Shown: positions 28,611 to 39,223, counted from the first letter of the stretch. The stretch is 64,000 nt of DNA from Sphingomicrobium sp. (GCA_039933195.1 JBDTON010000067.1:5033-69032), one strand, 5' to 3'. Made by a program: numbers and translations. Notes: generated from the sequence alone by a model not told the origin.

Positions 28611-29389
28611 AACTGGAACTGCCCCACGATCACTGTTTGGCAGCCGCCGCCGAGGAGCACGCGATCGCCTTCCAATCGGCAGCGCAGGACACCGGTGCGT
28701 TTGCTCGCCTGAAGCGCGGTGAAGTCCGTGCGGCCGAGACGCTTCGCCCAATATGGCGCGAGTGCCGCGTGCGCCGAGCCGGTCACCGGGTCCTCGTCGA
28801 TTCCGAGGTAGGGCACAAACACGCGGCTGGTGATGTCGAACTCCCTTCCGCGCGCCGTCACCACAGCCATCCGCGGAATGGCTCGAAGCGCCGCGAAATC
28901 CGGCTCGATGGCGCGTACCGCAGATTCGTCCACGACTTCGATAATAGCCGCGTCGTTGCACCCTTCCGCGAGCCACACCGGCGAATCCGGCACGCCCAGC
29001 GCACGGCAAAGCTCAGGCTCATGCGTTTCGCTTAGCGGAGCGGCTGGCAGATCGAGCTCGAGTTGATTTTCGCGGCGGCTGACCGTCAGGATCCCGGATT
29101 TGGTCGAAAACCGTACCGGGTTGGAATGGATCAGCACGTGCCCGGCGGCCAGAGTCGCATGGCCGCACAGCTCGACTTCCGCCGCTGGAGTGAACCAGCG
29201 CAGGTCGTAGTCCGCATCGTCGTGCTCGCTGGGCACCGTGAACGCGGTTTCGCTGAGGTTATTCTCGCCAGCGATCGCCTGCATCAGCGCGTCGTCGATC
29301 CAGCGCTCGAGCGGAATGACCGCAGCCGGGTTGCCGGTCAGCGGGCGTGACGCGAACGCATCAACCTGAAAGAAAGGAAGCGAGGTCAT
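28607..29389 (-). CDS. PhzF family isomerase
   Basis: QVDAF, GNPAAV, NLSETAF, LCGHATLA, EDPVTGSAH. Confidence 0.93.
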   Translation of the reverse strand: MTSLPFFQVDAFASRPLTGNPAAVIPLERWIDDALMQAIAGENNLSETAFTVPSEHDDADYDLRWFTPAAEVELCGHATLAAGHVLIHSNPVRFSTKSGILTVSRRENQLELDLPAAPLSETHEPELCRALGVPDSPVWLAEGCNDAAIIEVVDESAVRAIEPDFAALRAIPRMAVVTARGREFDITSRVFVPYLGIDEDPVTGSAHAALAPYWAKRLGRTDFTALQASKRTGVLRCRLEGDRVLLGGGCQTVIVGQFQL

Positions 29390-30321
29390 TGCGCTTTCTC
29401 CGTGATTTCCGACGAAAGCAGGGTCTCGCGGTCGGTCTGCCCTTCGGGATCGACGTGGATCAGGATCTCGGTGTCGGGAAAGCGCTGCTGAAGCTGCTCC
29501 TCGACGTGGTCGAGGCGGTCGTGCGCTTCCTGAACGGTCCAGTCGGCCGGCACCCAGACGTGGAATTGGACGAAACGCAGCGTGCCGCTCTTCCGGGTGC
29601 GCAGATCATGGAGGCCGCGCAGCTCAGGATAGCCATTGGTTGCGGCGAGGAACGTCTGCCGCTCCTCTTCTGGCCATTCTCGGTCCATCAGCTGCTGTAC
29701 CGCTTCGCTCGACGCCCGGTAAGCGCCCCAGGCGAGCCACAGCGCAATGGCGATGCCGAAGACCGCATCGGCGCCGGAAACGTGCAGCGCCTGGTCGAGC
29801 ACCAGCGCGACGATCACCGACCCGTTGAGCACCAGGTCCGATTTGTAATGGACGTTGTCGGTCTTGATCGCGACCGATCCGGTGCGCGCAATCACCTGGC
29901 GTTGATACCAGAGCAGGACAAAAGTGAGCACAAGCGCAAGGACGGAAACGGCAATGCCCGTGCCCATCGCTTCGGTTTGAGCGCGGTTGATGAGGCGATC
30001 GATCGCCCGCCAGAGGATGCCGACCGCGGAAACGCTGATCAGCGCCACTTGCGCCAGCGACACCAGAGCTTCGGCTTTGCCGTGACCGAAGCGATGGTCG
30101 AGGTCGGCTGGCTGTGCGGCGATGCGCACGCCCATCAGGGTCGTCAAGCTGGCGATGACGTCGAGCGTCGTGTCGGCAAGCGAGCCGAGCATCGCCGTGG
30201 AATCGGTGACATAAGCGGCCCAGGCCTTCGCGATGAGCAGCACCGAGGCGAGGGCAACACTGGCCAGCGCCGCGCGCGTCGAGAGGCGGGAGTGACCGGC
30301 GGCGGTCGATGCGGTGGTCAC
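29386..30321 (-). CDS. Cation diffusion facilitator (FieF-like)
   Basis: HRFGHGKAEAL, HYKSD, HDLRTR, IHVDP. Confidence 0.92.
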   Translation of the reverse strand: MTTASTAAGHSRLSTRAALASVALASVLLIAKAWAAYVTDSTAMLGSLADTTLDVIASLTTLMGVRIAAQPADLDHRFGHGKAEALVSLAQVALISVSAVGILWRAIDRLINRAQTEAMGTGIAVSVLALVLTFVLLWYQRQVIARTGSVAIKTDNVHYKSDLVLNGSVIVALVLDQALHVSGADAVFGIAIALWLAWGAYRASSEAVQQLMDREWPEEERQTFLAATNGYPELRGLHDLRTRKSGTLRFVQFHVWVPADWTVQEAHDRLDHVEEQLQQRFPDTEILIHVDPEGQTDRETLLSSEITEKAQ

Positions 30322-30896
30322 GGGTAGAGCAGCCCTTCGGACCAGCATCCGTCGGCGAGCGTGAACAGCCGCCGTTCGTGCAACCGGTGCAGACGCGCCG
30401 TCCAGAATTCGATCTGCTGGGGGAGGACACGGTAGCCGCCCCAGCTTGGCGGGCGTGGCACGTCCTGGCCATCGAACCGGTGCTTCGCGTCATCGAAGCG
30501 GTGCTCGAACGTCTCGCGGCTGTCGAGCGGGCGCGACTGGTCCGAGGCCCAGGCGCCGAGCTGCGAATCCCGCGCCCGGGTCGCGAAATAGGCATCCGCG
30601 GCACCCTTCGGCACGCGCTCGACCGCGCCTTCGATCCGCACCTGCCGACGCAGCGACTTCCAGTGGAAGAGTAGAGCCGCGCGCGGGTTCTCTGCGAGCT
30701 GCGTGCCCTTGGCGCTCAGCTCGTGGGTGTAGAAGACGAAACCCGCGGAGCCGTGGCCTTTGAGGAGCACCATCCGCACGGAAGGCCTGCCGTTCGCGTT
30801 CGCGGTCGCCAGTGCCATCGCTTCCGGGTCGTTGATTTCGACTTCGCGCGCTTCCGCGAACCACTCATCGAACAGGGTGAATGGGTCGGTGGCCAT
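30318..30896 (-). CDS. pdxH: Pyridoxamine 5'-phosphate oxidase
   Basis: RMVLLK, RQVRIEG, SQLGAWASDQS, RLHER. Confidence 0.95.
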   Translation of the reverse strand: MATDPFTLFDEWFAEAREVEINDPEAMALATANANGRPSVRMVLLKGHGSAGFVFYTHELSAKGTQLAENPRAALLFHWKSLRRQVRIEGAVERVPKGAADAYFATRARDSQLGAWASDQSRPLDSRETFEHRFDDAKHRFDGQDVPRPPSWGGYRVLPQQIEFWTARLHRLHERRLFTLADGCWSEGLLYP

Positions 30897-30913
30897 CGTG
30901 CTTCGGCCTTAGG

Positions 30914-30942
30914 CTTGGCCCGGCGCGAACGGCAACCCATCT
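30914..30942 (+). promoter_or_regulatory. Putative RpoH promoter of the DnaJ-family gene
   Basis: CTTG-N18-CCCATCT. Confidence 0.6.
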
Positions 30943-30976
30943 GGTCAGGCGGCTATCTCTGCGGCATGGGAGCGGC

Positions 30977-31939
30977 ATGGCTCTGGACCTCTACCAACGG
31001 CTGGGTGTGAAGCGCGGCGCCAGTGAAGCCGAAATCAAGAAGGCGTATCGAAGCCTCGCCAAGCAGCTTCACCCGGACCGCAACAAAGACAATCCAAATG
31101 CGGCCAAGCGGTTCGGGGAGATCACGCAGGCGTATGACTTGCTGTCGGACAAGGACAAACGCGCCAGATACGACCGCGGCGAGATCGACGAAGATGGCAA
31201 TCCCAAGATGCCGTTCGGATCGGGTTTCGGGGGCTATTCGAGGGGGGCCGGCGGACCGCGGGCCGGCGCCGGTGAAGGCTTCGAGAATTTCAATTTTGGA
31301 GGCGCGGACGCGGGCGATTTGAGCGACCTGTTCGAAGGCCTGTTCGGTGGCTCCGCGGGTGCTCGCGGGCGCGCGGGTGGACCGTTCGGCGGCTTTCGGC
31401 AGCGCGCTCGGGGCCCACAAAAGGGAGCGGATGTCGCCTACCGGCTCAAGATCCCCTTCGTCGACGCGGTCGCTCTGAAGGCGCAGCGGATCACGCTCGC
31501 TGACGGCAAGACCATCGACCTCAAGCTCCCTCAAGGGCTCGAGGACGGAACGAAGATCCGGCTCTCGGGCAAGGGGGAGGAGGGGCCCGGCGGGCGTGGC
31601 GACGCAATCGTCACCCTCGAGATCGCTCCGCACCGCTTCTTCACGCGCGAAGGCAACAACATTCGCCTGAACCTACCGGTCACGCTGAAGGAGGCGGTGC
31701 TCGGCGCGAAGGTGAAGGTGCCGACGCCCGAAGGTGCGGTGATGCTGACGATTCCCAAGGGAACTACGTCGGGCAAGGTGCTGCGCCTCAAGGCCCGCGG
31801 ATTCACCGCCAGGGACGGCAAGCGCGCCGACCAGCTGGTGAGCGTCGAGATCGACGTTCCGGCGCACGACCCCGAACTCCAGAAGTTCGCCGAAAGTTGG
31901 AACGCGCCGGGCAACCCGCGCGCGGACCTTGGGGTTTAA
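30977..31939 (+). CDS. DnaJ-class co-chaperone without Zn finger (CbpA-like)
   Basis: J domain with HPD, G/F-rich linker, C-terminal domain, no CxxCxGxG repeats. Confidence 0.9.
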   Translation: MALDLYQRLGVKRGASEAEIKKAYRSLAKQLHPDRNKDNPNAAKRFGEITQAYDLLSDKDKRARYDRGEIDEDGNPKMPFGSGFGGYSRGAGGPRAGAGEGFENFNFGGADAGDLSDLFEGLFGGSAGARGRAGGPFGGFRQRARGPQKGADVAYRLKIPFVDAVALKAQRITLADGKTIDLKLPQGLEDGTKIRLSGKGEEGPGGRGDAIVTLEIAPHRFFTREGNNIRLNLPVTLKEAVLGAKVKVPTPEGAVMLTIPKGTTSGKVLRLKARGFTARDGKRADQLVSVEIDVPAHDPELQKFAESWNAPGNPRADLGV

Positions 31940-31951
31940 TCCTACCGGTTC

Positions 31952-32986
31952 ATGCGCGACATCTCCCCCCAATCGCCCGAAGCGAGGCGCAAGCGCCTGG
32001 CGAGCATGCGAGCGGCCTTCGGCACCGAGGTCGAGGAGAAGCTCAAGCCCAAGGTCACCGCGTGGGAAGTGGTCAAGCGCGTTGCCGTCGGAGTCTATAA
32101 CGATGGCTTCATCCACGCCGGCAACCTCGCCTACCTTTCGATCCTCGCGCTTTTCCCGTTCTTCATCCTCGCGGCAGCCGTCGCGCATTTGCTGGGGCAG
32201 AGCCAGGACGCGCAGCTGACGGTCGCCAATGTCCTCCGGCGGCTTCCGCCCGACGTCGCGTCGACCCTGCAGAAGCCAGTTCAGGAGGTGCTCACGGTGC
32301 GCACCGGCAGTCTGCTGTGGCTCGGCGCGATCGTCGGCCTGTGGACCGCGGCGAGCTTCGTCGAGACCATCCGCGACATCCTCCGCCGGGCGTTTGGAGT
32401 GAAGTTCTGCGCGCCGTTCTGGGAATATCGCGTCGGTTCGATCCTAATCATCCTCGGCGCCGTGTTACTGCTGATGATTGCCTTCGCGGCCAGTGTCGCA
32501 TTGAGCTCGATTCAGCATGTGCTGCTCGAATGGTTTCCGTTTGCGCAGGGGATCGGAACGACGCTCGGCATCTACCGACTGGTGCCGGCGGCGACATTGT
32601 TCTTCACCTTCTACGTGCTCTTTTTCGTGCTGACGCCCGCGCGCTATCGCAAGCGCGACTGCCGGAAATGGCCTGGCGCTCTATTGGTCACGGCCTGGTG
32701 GCTCGCCACCGCCGAGATCCTGCCGTGGGCGCTCGGGCTGCTTGGAGGCTACAGCCTCACCTACGGAAGCCTCGCCGGAGTGATGATCTCGCTGATCTTC
32801 TTCTTCGTGGTTGGGCTTGGCGTGGTGATGGGGGCGGAACTCAACGCCGCGCTGGCGGAAGGCGGCGCCACCGCGCTAAAGGGCGAGATCTACACCGGGC
32901 CGTACACCGATGAGCTCGAAGTCGAAGAGCCGCAGCCCGGCGAAGACGTGAAAGTGGAGCTGGAGACAGGGGGACCGGGGATTTGA
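31952..32986 (+). CDS. YihY/BrkB family membrane protein
   Basis: AGNLAY..LALFPF, PGAL, YGSLAGV, GAELNA. Confidence 0.9.
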   Translation: MRDISPQSPEARRKRLASMRAAFGTEVEEKLKPKVTAWEVVKRVAVGVYNDGFIHAGNLAYLSILALFPFFILAAAVAHLLGQSQDAQLTVANVLRRLPPDVASTLQKPVQEVLTVRTGSLLWLGAIVGLWTAASFVETIRDILRRAFGVKFCAPFWEYRVGSILIILGAVLLLMIAFAASVALSSIQHVLLEWFPFAQGIGTTLGIYRLVPAATLFFTFYVLFFVLTPARYRKRDCRKWPGALLVTAWWLATAEILPWALGLLGGYSLTYGSLAGVMISLIFFFVVGLGVVMGAELNAALAEGGATALKGEIYTGPYTDELEVEEPQPGEDVKVELETGGPGI

Positions 32987-33786
32987 CCGCATTGATGCAG
33001 GGCAAGCGCGGACTGATCATGGGCCTCGCCAACGAGCGCTCCCTGGCCTGGGGGATCGCCCGGGCGGTGGCCGGCCAAGGCGCCGAGCTCGCTTTCTCCT
33101 ACCAGGGCGAAGCGCTCGAAAAGCGGGTTCGACCGCTGGCGGCCGAACTCGGGTCGGACGTGCTCGTCGACTGCGATGTCTCGGACATGAAGGCGCTCGA
33201 CAAGACCTTCGCTGCGCTGAAGGAACGCTGGGGCAATCTCGACTTCGTTGTCCACGCGATCGGCTATTCGGACAAGAACGAGCTGCGCGGAAAGTTCGTC
33301 GATACGTCGATGGATAATTTTCTGATGACGATGAACGTCTCGGTCTACAGCTTCGTCGCCGTCGCCCAGCGCGCCCGGACGCTGATGAGCAGCGGCGGAT
33401 CGCTGCTCACGCTGACCTATTACGGCGCCGAGAAGGTCATTCCGCATTACAACGTCATGGGCCTCGCCAAGTCCGCCCTCGAAAGCAGCGTCAAATATCT
33501 CGCGATGGACCTTGGCCCCGAAGGAATCCGCGTCAACGCGATTTCCGCAGGGCCGATCAAAACATTGGCGGCCAGCGGTATTGGGGACTTCCGCTACATC
33601 CTGAAGTGGAACGAATATAATTCGCCCCTGAGGCGCAACGTGACGATCGAGGACGTCGGAGGAGCGGGCCTCTATCTCGTCTCCGATCTCGCCAGCGGAG
33701 TCACCGGCGAAGTGCACCATGTCGACGCCGGCTATAATGTCGTCGGGATGAAGGCCGAAGACGCTCCGGACATCTCGACGGTCTGA
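32983..33786 (+). CDS. fabI: Enoyl-ACP reductase
   Basis: GLANERSLAWGIA, YNVMGLAK, SAGPIKTLA. Confidence 0.95.
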   Translation: MTALMQGKRGLIMGLANERSLAWGIARAVAGQGAELAFSYQGEALEKRVRPLAAELGSDVLVDCDVSDMKALDKTFAALKERWGNLDFVVHAIGYSDKNELRGKFVDTSMDNFLMTMNVSVYSFVAVAQRARTLMSSGGSLLTLTYYGAEKVIPHYNVMGLAKSALESSVKYLAMDLGPEGIRVNAISAGPIKTLAASGIGDFRYILKWNEYNSPLRRNVTIEDVGGAGLYLVSDLASGVTGEVHHVDAGYNVVGMKAEDAPDISTV

Positions 33787-34061
33787 TGGCCGAGGTCGCC
33801 AGGCATGTTCGCCTCACCGGGCGCGTGCAAGGCGTGTTTTTTCGCGCATGGGCCCAGGGCCACGCCCGCGAGCTGGGAGTCAGCGGCTGGATCCGCAATT
33901 GCCCCGACGGCTCGGTCGAGGCGCACCTCGGCGGAGAGGAGACTGCCGTCGCCCGGATGGTCGAGCGGATGCGGCAGGGACCCTCGAACGCGCGGATCGA
34001 CGATTTTGCGATCGAGGATGCGGACGCGGAAGAGCTCGGCCGGTTCCAGGTGCGGCGCTAG
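33786..34061 (+). CDS. acyP: Acylphosphatase
   Basis: GRVQGVFFR and GWIRN..DGSVE. Confidence 0.92.
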   Translation: MAEVARHVRLTGRVQGVFFRAWAQGHARELGVSGWIRNCPDGSVEAHLGGEETAVARMVERMRQGPSNARIDDFAIEDADAEELGRFQVRR

Positions 34062-35347
34062 CCCGCGAACGGATCCCGCACCAAAATCGTATCGTCGCGC
34101 TCTGGCGAGGTGCTCACCAGCGCCACCGGGCAGCGGATTAGCTCCTCGATCCGGCGGACATATTTGATCGCGCGCGCCGGCAGGTCGGCCCAGCTGCGAG
34201 CGCCCCGCGTCGATCCCGGCCAGCCCTCGATCTCTTCGAACACCGGCTTGACGCGCATCTGGTCAGCAGCGTGCGGCGGGAGGTAATCGAATTTCTCCCC
34301 GTCGATGGTGTAGCCGGTGCAGATTTTTACGCGTTCGAAGCCGTCGAGCACGTCGAGCTTGGTGAGCGCGACCCCAGTCACGCCGGAGACCGCGACCGCC
34401 TGGCGCACGAGCACGGCGTCGAACCAGCCGCAGCGGCGCTTGCGTCCCGTGACCGTGCCGAACTCGTGGCCACGCTCGCCCAACTTCTGGCCGATGTCGT
34501 TGTCCTGCTCGGTCGGAAAGGGGCCGGAGCCGACGCGCGTCGTGTAAGCCTTCACGATGCCCAGCACGAAGCCCGCTCCGGAAGGTCCGATACCGCTGCC
34601 GGGACCCGTGGTCCCCGCCACCGTGTTGGACGAAGTGACGAAAGGATAAGTGCCGTGATCCACGTCGAGCAGGACGCCCTGGGCGCCTTCGAACAGCACG
34701 CGCTTGCCCTTGCGTAACGCGACGTCGAGGTCGCGCCACACCGGCTTGGCGAAGGGCAGCACAAACTCGGCGATTTCGGCGAGGTCGTTATGCAGCCGCT
34801 TGCGGTCGACCGACGGCTCGCCGAAACCCGCGCGCAGCGCGTCGTGATGCGCGCACAGGCGGTCGAGCAAAGGTCCGAGGTCGTCCAGCCGCGCAAGATC
34901 GCAGACGCGGATCGCTCGGCGGCCGACCTTGTCCTCGTAAGCCGGACCAATGCCGCGCCGCGTGGTCCCGATCTTGCCCGCCCCGGACGCATCCTCGCGC
35001 AAAGCGTCAAGGTCGCGGTGGATCGGCAGGATCAAGGGACACGTCTCGGCGACCATGAGCACGTCCGGAGTCACCTCGACGCCCATCTCGCGCATTCGCT
35101 CGACCTCGGCCTTCAGCGCCCACGGATCGAGCACCACGCCGTTGCCGATCACAGACGGCGTTCCGCGAACAATTCCCGAGGGCAGCAGCGAGAGCTTGTA
35201 GGTCTGCTCCCCCACGACGAGCGTGTGCCCGGCATTATGGCCACCCTGGAAGCGCACGACCATGTCGGCGCGGCTCGCCAGCCAGTCGACGATCTTGCCC
35301 TTGCCTTCGTCGCCCCACTGGGCGCCGATGACGGTGACGTTTCCCAC
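34058..35347 (-). CDS. purA: Adenylosuccinate synthetase
   Basis: [35 protein letters not shown]. Confidence 0.97.
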   Translation of the reverse strand: MGNVTVIGAQWGDEGKGKIVDWLASRADMVVRFQGGHNAGHTLVVGEQTYKLSLLPSGIVRGTPSVIGNGVVLDPWALKAEVERMREMGVEVTPDVLMVAETCPLILPIHRDLDALREDASGAGKIGTTRRGIGPAYEDKVGRRAIRVCDLARLDDLGPLLDRLCAHHDALRAGFGEPSVDRKRLHNDLAEIAEFVLPFAKPVWRDLDVALRKGKRVLFEGAQGVLLDVDHGTYPFVTSSNTVAGTTGPGSGIGPSGAGFVLGIVKAYTTRVGSGPFPTEQDNDIGQKLGERGHEFGTVTGRKRRCGWFDAVLVRQAVAVSGVTGVALTKLDVLDGFERVKICTGYTIDGEKFDYLPPHAADQMRVKPVFEEIEGWPGSTRGARSWADLPARAIKYVRRIEELIRCPVALVSTSPERDDTILVRDPFAG

Positions 35348-35573
35348 AGTGTTTCCTTGTCGTGAGCGGCCCGGGCGGCTCTAGGGGGAAGGGGCGCCGG
35401 CGTCCAGTTCTGCCGCAGGGTTACATTTTGTCGGTCAAACGCCTATGTAAGCCTCGCTACTAGTCGCAAACGGACGGACTTCAGGCGCTTTGCGGCTCCT
35501 CATTCCATCTTTCGCCTCTCCTAGCACAGGCGGGCCGATTGGCGGACCGCCAAAGCAAAGAAGGAATGACGAG

Positions 35574-35786
35574 ATGCCCATCGGCACAGTCAAATTTTTT
35601 AACGATTCCAAGGGTTACGGGTTCATTGCACCGGATGACGGGGGCCAGGACGCCTTCGTTCACATTACCGCCGTGGAGCGCGCCGGACTGCGCACTCTCT
35701 CGCAGAACCAGAAGGTCAGCTTCGATCTCGAGCAGGACCAGCGCGGCAAGACCAAGGCCGTGAACATCCAGGCCGTCGAAGGCTAA
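35574..35786 (+). CDS. Cold-shock protein (CspA family)
   Basis: GTVKFFN..KGYGFI and DAFVHI. Confidence 0.93.
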   Translation: MPIGTVKFFNDSKGYGFIAPDDGGQDAFVHITAVERAGLRTLSQNQKVSFDLEQDQRGKTKAVNIQAVEG

Positions 35787-35794
35787 TTCTTATA

Positions 35795-35845
35795 CTCCTC
35801 CCCCGGATTGCCGGGGGAGGAGGACCACCCACAGGTGGGAAGGGG
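35795..35845. repeat. REP-like palindromic element, family B (CTCCTCCC...GGGGAGG.GGACC)
   Basis: 12-bp stem CTCCTCCCCCGG/CCGGGGGAGGAG, related to 60471-60587. Confidence 0.65.
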
Positions 35846-35860
35846 TTCTTTAAGAGACGC

Positions 35861-36049
35861 ATGGCGCTTACCACCCAGCTTGAATTTTACCGGGCGCGGG
35901 CGGAGCAATGCCGCGCCGAGGCCGACGCCGCAGTGCTAGACAATGTGCGCGAGCGCTGTCTCCGCGCCGAGGACGCGTGGAATCGAATGGCCGACCGGGT
36001 CGCGCGCACCGAAGCCATGCGGCGGGAGAAAGAGGAATCACACCTTTAG
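35861..36049 (+). CDS. Small helical hypothetical protein
   Basis: 62 aa, FYRARAEQ..LDNVRERCLRAE.AW, RBS-like GAGA upstream. Confidence 0.6.
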   Translation: MALTTQLEFYRARAEQCRAEADAAVLDNVRERCLRAEDAWNRMADRVARTEAMRREKEESHL

Positions 36050-36098
36050 GGTGAACTCCGGAAGTGTTCGGCGAAGGCATCCCGCGCCGAAGACACCT

Positions 36099-37688
36099 TC
36101 AGAAACTCAGTGGAACGACTTCGCGAACTCCGGGCAGTTCGTGTAGCTGCTGAGCGACGACCGATGTGATCGGGTCGTCGACGGCGACGAGCGCAACCGC
36201 TTCGCCCTTTTCCTCACGTCGACCGAGGTTGAAGGTCGCGATGTTGATCTTGTTTTCGCCCAGCTTCGTGCCGAGCGCACCAATGAAGCCGGGGGCGTCG
36301 GTGTTGACGATGTAGATCATCTGTCCGGCGAGCTCGGCCTCCACTGGAATGCCGAAGATCTTCACCAGCCGCGGCGCGCGGTTGCCGAAAAGCGTGCCCT
36401 CGACCCGCCTGGGGCCGTGTTCCGTGCCCACGGTCACAGCGACCAGCGTGTGATAATCGCTTTCGCCCTCATTGCGGATCTCGCGCACGGCGAGACCGCG
36501 CTCGCGCGCCAAATAGGGTGCGTTGACCATGTTCACAGTATCCGACCAGGTGCGCATCAGACCGGCGAGGACGGCGCCCGTGACCGGCTTGATGTTGAGC
36601 TCGGCGGCCGCGCCCTCGACCTCGATATCGATCGAACGGATCTCGGTGCCCGCGATCTGCCCAACGAGGCGCCCGAGCTTCTCGGCAAGGGCCATATAGG
36701 GCCTGAGGCGCGGCGCTTCCTCGGCCGAAAGCGATGGCACGTTGACCGCATTTGTGATTCCGCCGAGCAATAGGAAATCACTCATCTGCTCGGCGATCTG
36801 AATCGCGACATTGACCTGCGCCTCATTGGTCGAAGCGCCGAGGTGCGGCGTGCAGATGAGCCCACGCGTCCCGAACAAGGGATTGGCCTTCGCCGGTTCC
36901 TCCTGGAACACATCGAGCGCAGCGCCGGCGACATGGCCGCTGTCGAGCGCATCCTTCAACGCGGCTTCGTCGATCAGCCCGCCGCGAGCGCAATTGACGA
37001 TGCGCACACCGGGCTTGGTCCTGGCGAGGGCTTCGCGCGAAAGGATCCCCCGGGTTTGGTCGGTGAGCGGCGTGTGCAAAGTGATGAAGTCGCCGCGGGC
37101 GAGCAATTCGTCGAGCTCGACCTTCTCGACTCCGAGCTCCACGGCGCGTTCGGGGGACAGGAACGGATCGTAGGCGACGACCTTCATCTTCAGGCCGTGC
37201 GCGCGGTCGGCGACGATCGAGCCTATGTTGCCACAGCCGATCAGGCCCAGCGTCTTGCCGGCAAGCTCGACGCCCATGAAGCGGTTCTTCTCCCACTTGC
37301 CCGATTGCGTGGACTGGTCCGCCTGAGGAATTTCGCGGGCAAGCGCGAACAGCATCGCGATCGCATGCTCAGCGGTGGTGATCGAATTGCCGAACGGGGT
37401 GTTCATGACGACGATCCCGCGCGCGCTGGCGGCGGGCACGTCGATCGTGTCGACGCCGATCCCGGCGCGGCCAATGACTTTGAGGCGCGGCAGGGCGGCA
37501 TCCATGATGGGAACGGTGACGCGGGTCGAACTGCGCACCGCGAGGCCGTCGTAGCCGCCGATAATGCCTTCGAGGTCATCGGCCGAGAGGCCGGGCTTCT
37601 CGTCCACTTTGATCCCGCGCTCGCGGAAGATCGCGGCTGCTTTCGGGTCCATCTTGTCGGCGATGAGGACTCGCACTGGATCGCTCAC
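36099..37688 (-). CDS. serA: D-3-phosphoglycerate dehydrogenase
   Basis: GRAGIGVD, G.GNIG, NCARGG, PHLGAST, C-terminal ACT domain. GTGA overlap with serC. Confidence 0.96.
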   Translation of the reverse strand: MSDPVRVLIADKMDPKAAAIFRERGIKVDEKPGLSADDLEGIIGGYDGLAVRSSTRVTVPIMDAALPRLKVIGRAGIGVDTIDVPAASARGIVVMNTPFGNSITTAEHAIAMLFALAREIPQADQSTQSGKWEKNRFMGVELAGKTLGLIGCGNIGSIVADRAHGLKMKVVAYDPFLSPERAVELGVEKVELDELLARGDFITLHTPLTDQTRGILSREALARTKPGVRIVNCARGGLIDEAALKDALDSGHVAGAALDVFQEEPAKANPLFGTRGLICTPHLGASTNEAQVNVAIQIAEQMSDFLLLGGITNAVNVPSLSAEEAPRLRPYMALAEKLGRLVGQIAGTEIRSIDIEVEGAAAELNIKPVTGAVLAGLMRTWSDTVNMVNAPYLARERGLAVREIRNEGESDYHTLVAVTVGTEHGPRRVEGTLFGNRAPRLVKIFGIPVEAELAGQMIYIVNTDAPGFIGALGTKLGENKINIATFNLGRREEKGEAVALVAVDDPITSVVAQQLHELPGVREVVPLSF

Positions 37689-38851
37689 TGGGTCGCCTCC
37701 CATGCCCAATTGAGCCACGGCCCGAGCGCTTCGATGTCGCTGGTGTCGACCGTTGCCCCGCACCAGATTCGAAGCCCGGGCGGAGCGTCGCGGTAGGCGC
37801 CGATGTCGTAGGCGGCGTCTTCCTGCTCGAGCAGCTTGGCGATCGCTTTCTGCCGCGCCCTGTTGGCCTCGATGTCGGTGCGGTCCGTGAACTGCAGGCA
37901 CACCGATGTATTCGAGCGGATCGCCGAATCGGTCGCCAGGTGCCCGATCCAGTCCGCTTCTTGCGCCCATCGGTCGAGCGCGGCGGCGTTGGCGTCTGCG
38001 CGCGCGATCAGCGCTTCGAGCCCGCCGATCCGCTCCGCCCAATCGAGCGCGAACAGCCAATCCTCGACGCACAGCATTGATGGCGTGTTGATCGTCTCAC
38101 CCTTGAAGATACCGTCGATCAGCTTGCCGCCCTTGGTCAGCCGAAAGATCTTGGGAAGCGGCCGCGGCGCGGGTTCGCGCTCAAGCCGCTCGACGGCGCG
38201 CGGCGAAAGCGCGAGCATTCCGTGCGCAGCTTCTCCGCCAAGCGCCTTCTGCCAGCTGAAGGTGCCGACGTCGATCTTCGTCCAGTCGATCTCCTGCGCG
38301 AAGGCGCCGGACGTTGCGTCGCAGATCGTGAGTCCGGCGCGGTCCTGGGCGATCCAGGCGGCGTTCGGCACACGCACGCCGCTCGTCGTGCCGTTCCAGG
38401 CAAAGACGACGTCGCTCGCCGGATCGATTCCGCCAAGGTCCGGAAGCTGGCCGTAATCGGCGGTGCGGATCTCGGCGTCGAGCTTCAGCTGCTTGGCGAC
38501 ATCGGTCACCCAGCCGGCGCCGAAGCTTTCCCACGCGAGCATGGTGACAGGCCGACTGCCGAGCAGCGACCAGATCGCCATCTCCATCGCGCCGGTGTCG
38601 GAGGCGGGGACGATGCCGAGGTGGTAGTCCGCAGGCAGCTCGAGAAGCGCATGCGTCCGCTCGATCGCATCGGCGAGGCGCGCCTTGCCCAGCGTCCCGC
38701 GATGCGAGCGGCCAAGCGCCTCTGTGTGCAGCAACGACGGACTCCAGCCCGGCGGCTTGGCGCACGGGCCTGATGAGAAATACGGTCTTGCGGGACGGGT
38801 TTGCGGTTTGGGCGGGCGCAATGCCGCGCCTGCTTCGGCAGTCTCGGTCAA
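37685..38851 (-). CDS. serC: Phosphoserine aminotransferase
   Basis: FSSGPCAK, ASDTGA.E, WNGTTSG, FSWQK, GLRIWCG. TTG start after AAGGAG. Confidence 0.95.
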   Translation of the reverse strand: MTETAEAGAALRPPKPQTRPARPYFSSGPCAKPPGWSPSLLHTEALGRSHRGTLGKARLADAIERTHALLELPADYHLGIVPASDTGAMEMAIWSLLGSRPVTMLAWESFGAGWVTDVAKQLKLDAEIRTADYGQLPDLGGIDPASDVVFAWNGTTSGVRVPNAAWIAQDRAGLTICDATSGAFAQEIDWTKIDVGTFSWQKALGGEAAHGMLALSPRAVERLEREPAPRPLPKIFRLTKGGKLIDGIFKGETINTPSMLCVEDWLFALDWAERIGGLEALIARADANAAALDRWAQEADWIGHLATDSAIRSNTSVCLQFTDRTDIEANRARQKAIAKLLEQEDAAYDIGAYRDAPPGLRIWCGATVDTSDIEALGPWLNWAWEATQ

Positions 38852-38855
38852 TTCA

Positions 38856-38925
38856 ACTCTCCTTCCAGAGAGCTCGCGCCGCGTTGGGACGGCGTGGCCC
38901 GGCGCCGCGTCTAACGGCTGGAGTC
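38856..38925 (-). ncRNA. serC leader RNA motif (alphaproteobacterial cis-regulatory element), boundaries approximate
   Basis: GGGCCACGCCGTCCCAACGCGGCGCG hairpin directly 5' of the serC RBS, the expected position for this motif. Confidence 0.6.
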
Positions 38926-39223
38926 CGGAAGGCAACGGCCCTGGTGAAAGATTCGCGTGCTGCACTGCACAACAGCTTGAAATTGTTCAAATCGCTGTCG
39001 AAACGAGCTGAGTTGAACGGCTCATCGCGCTGCGCGGGTGTTTCATCCCGCGAACGGGAACCGAAGGTTGAATTTCTTAACCATCTCCGCGCAGTCTCCC
39101 TCTCCACCGGCGCCAATGGGCAACTGGACGTTGGTAATGGGGGCTGGGGAGCTCCTGACAGGCTGATGAATCAGGCGCCGCGTGCATTTTTGCGCGGCGT
39201 TGGAGCTTTGGAGCGGGGACATA

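Noticed and set aside
36099-38072. 657-aa serA with long N-terminal extension
   Set aside because: The extension overlaps serC. The GTG at 37688, coupled to the serC stop, gives a normal-length SerA.
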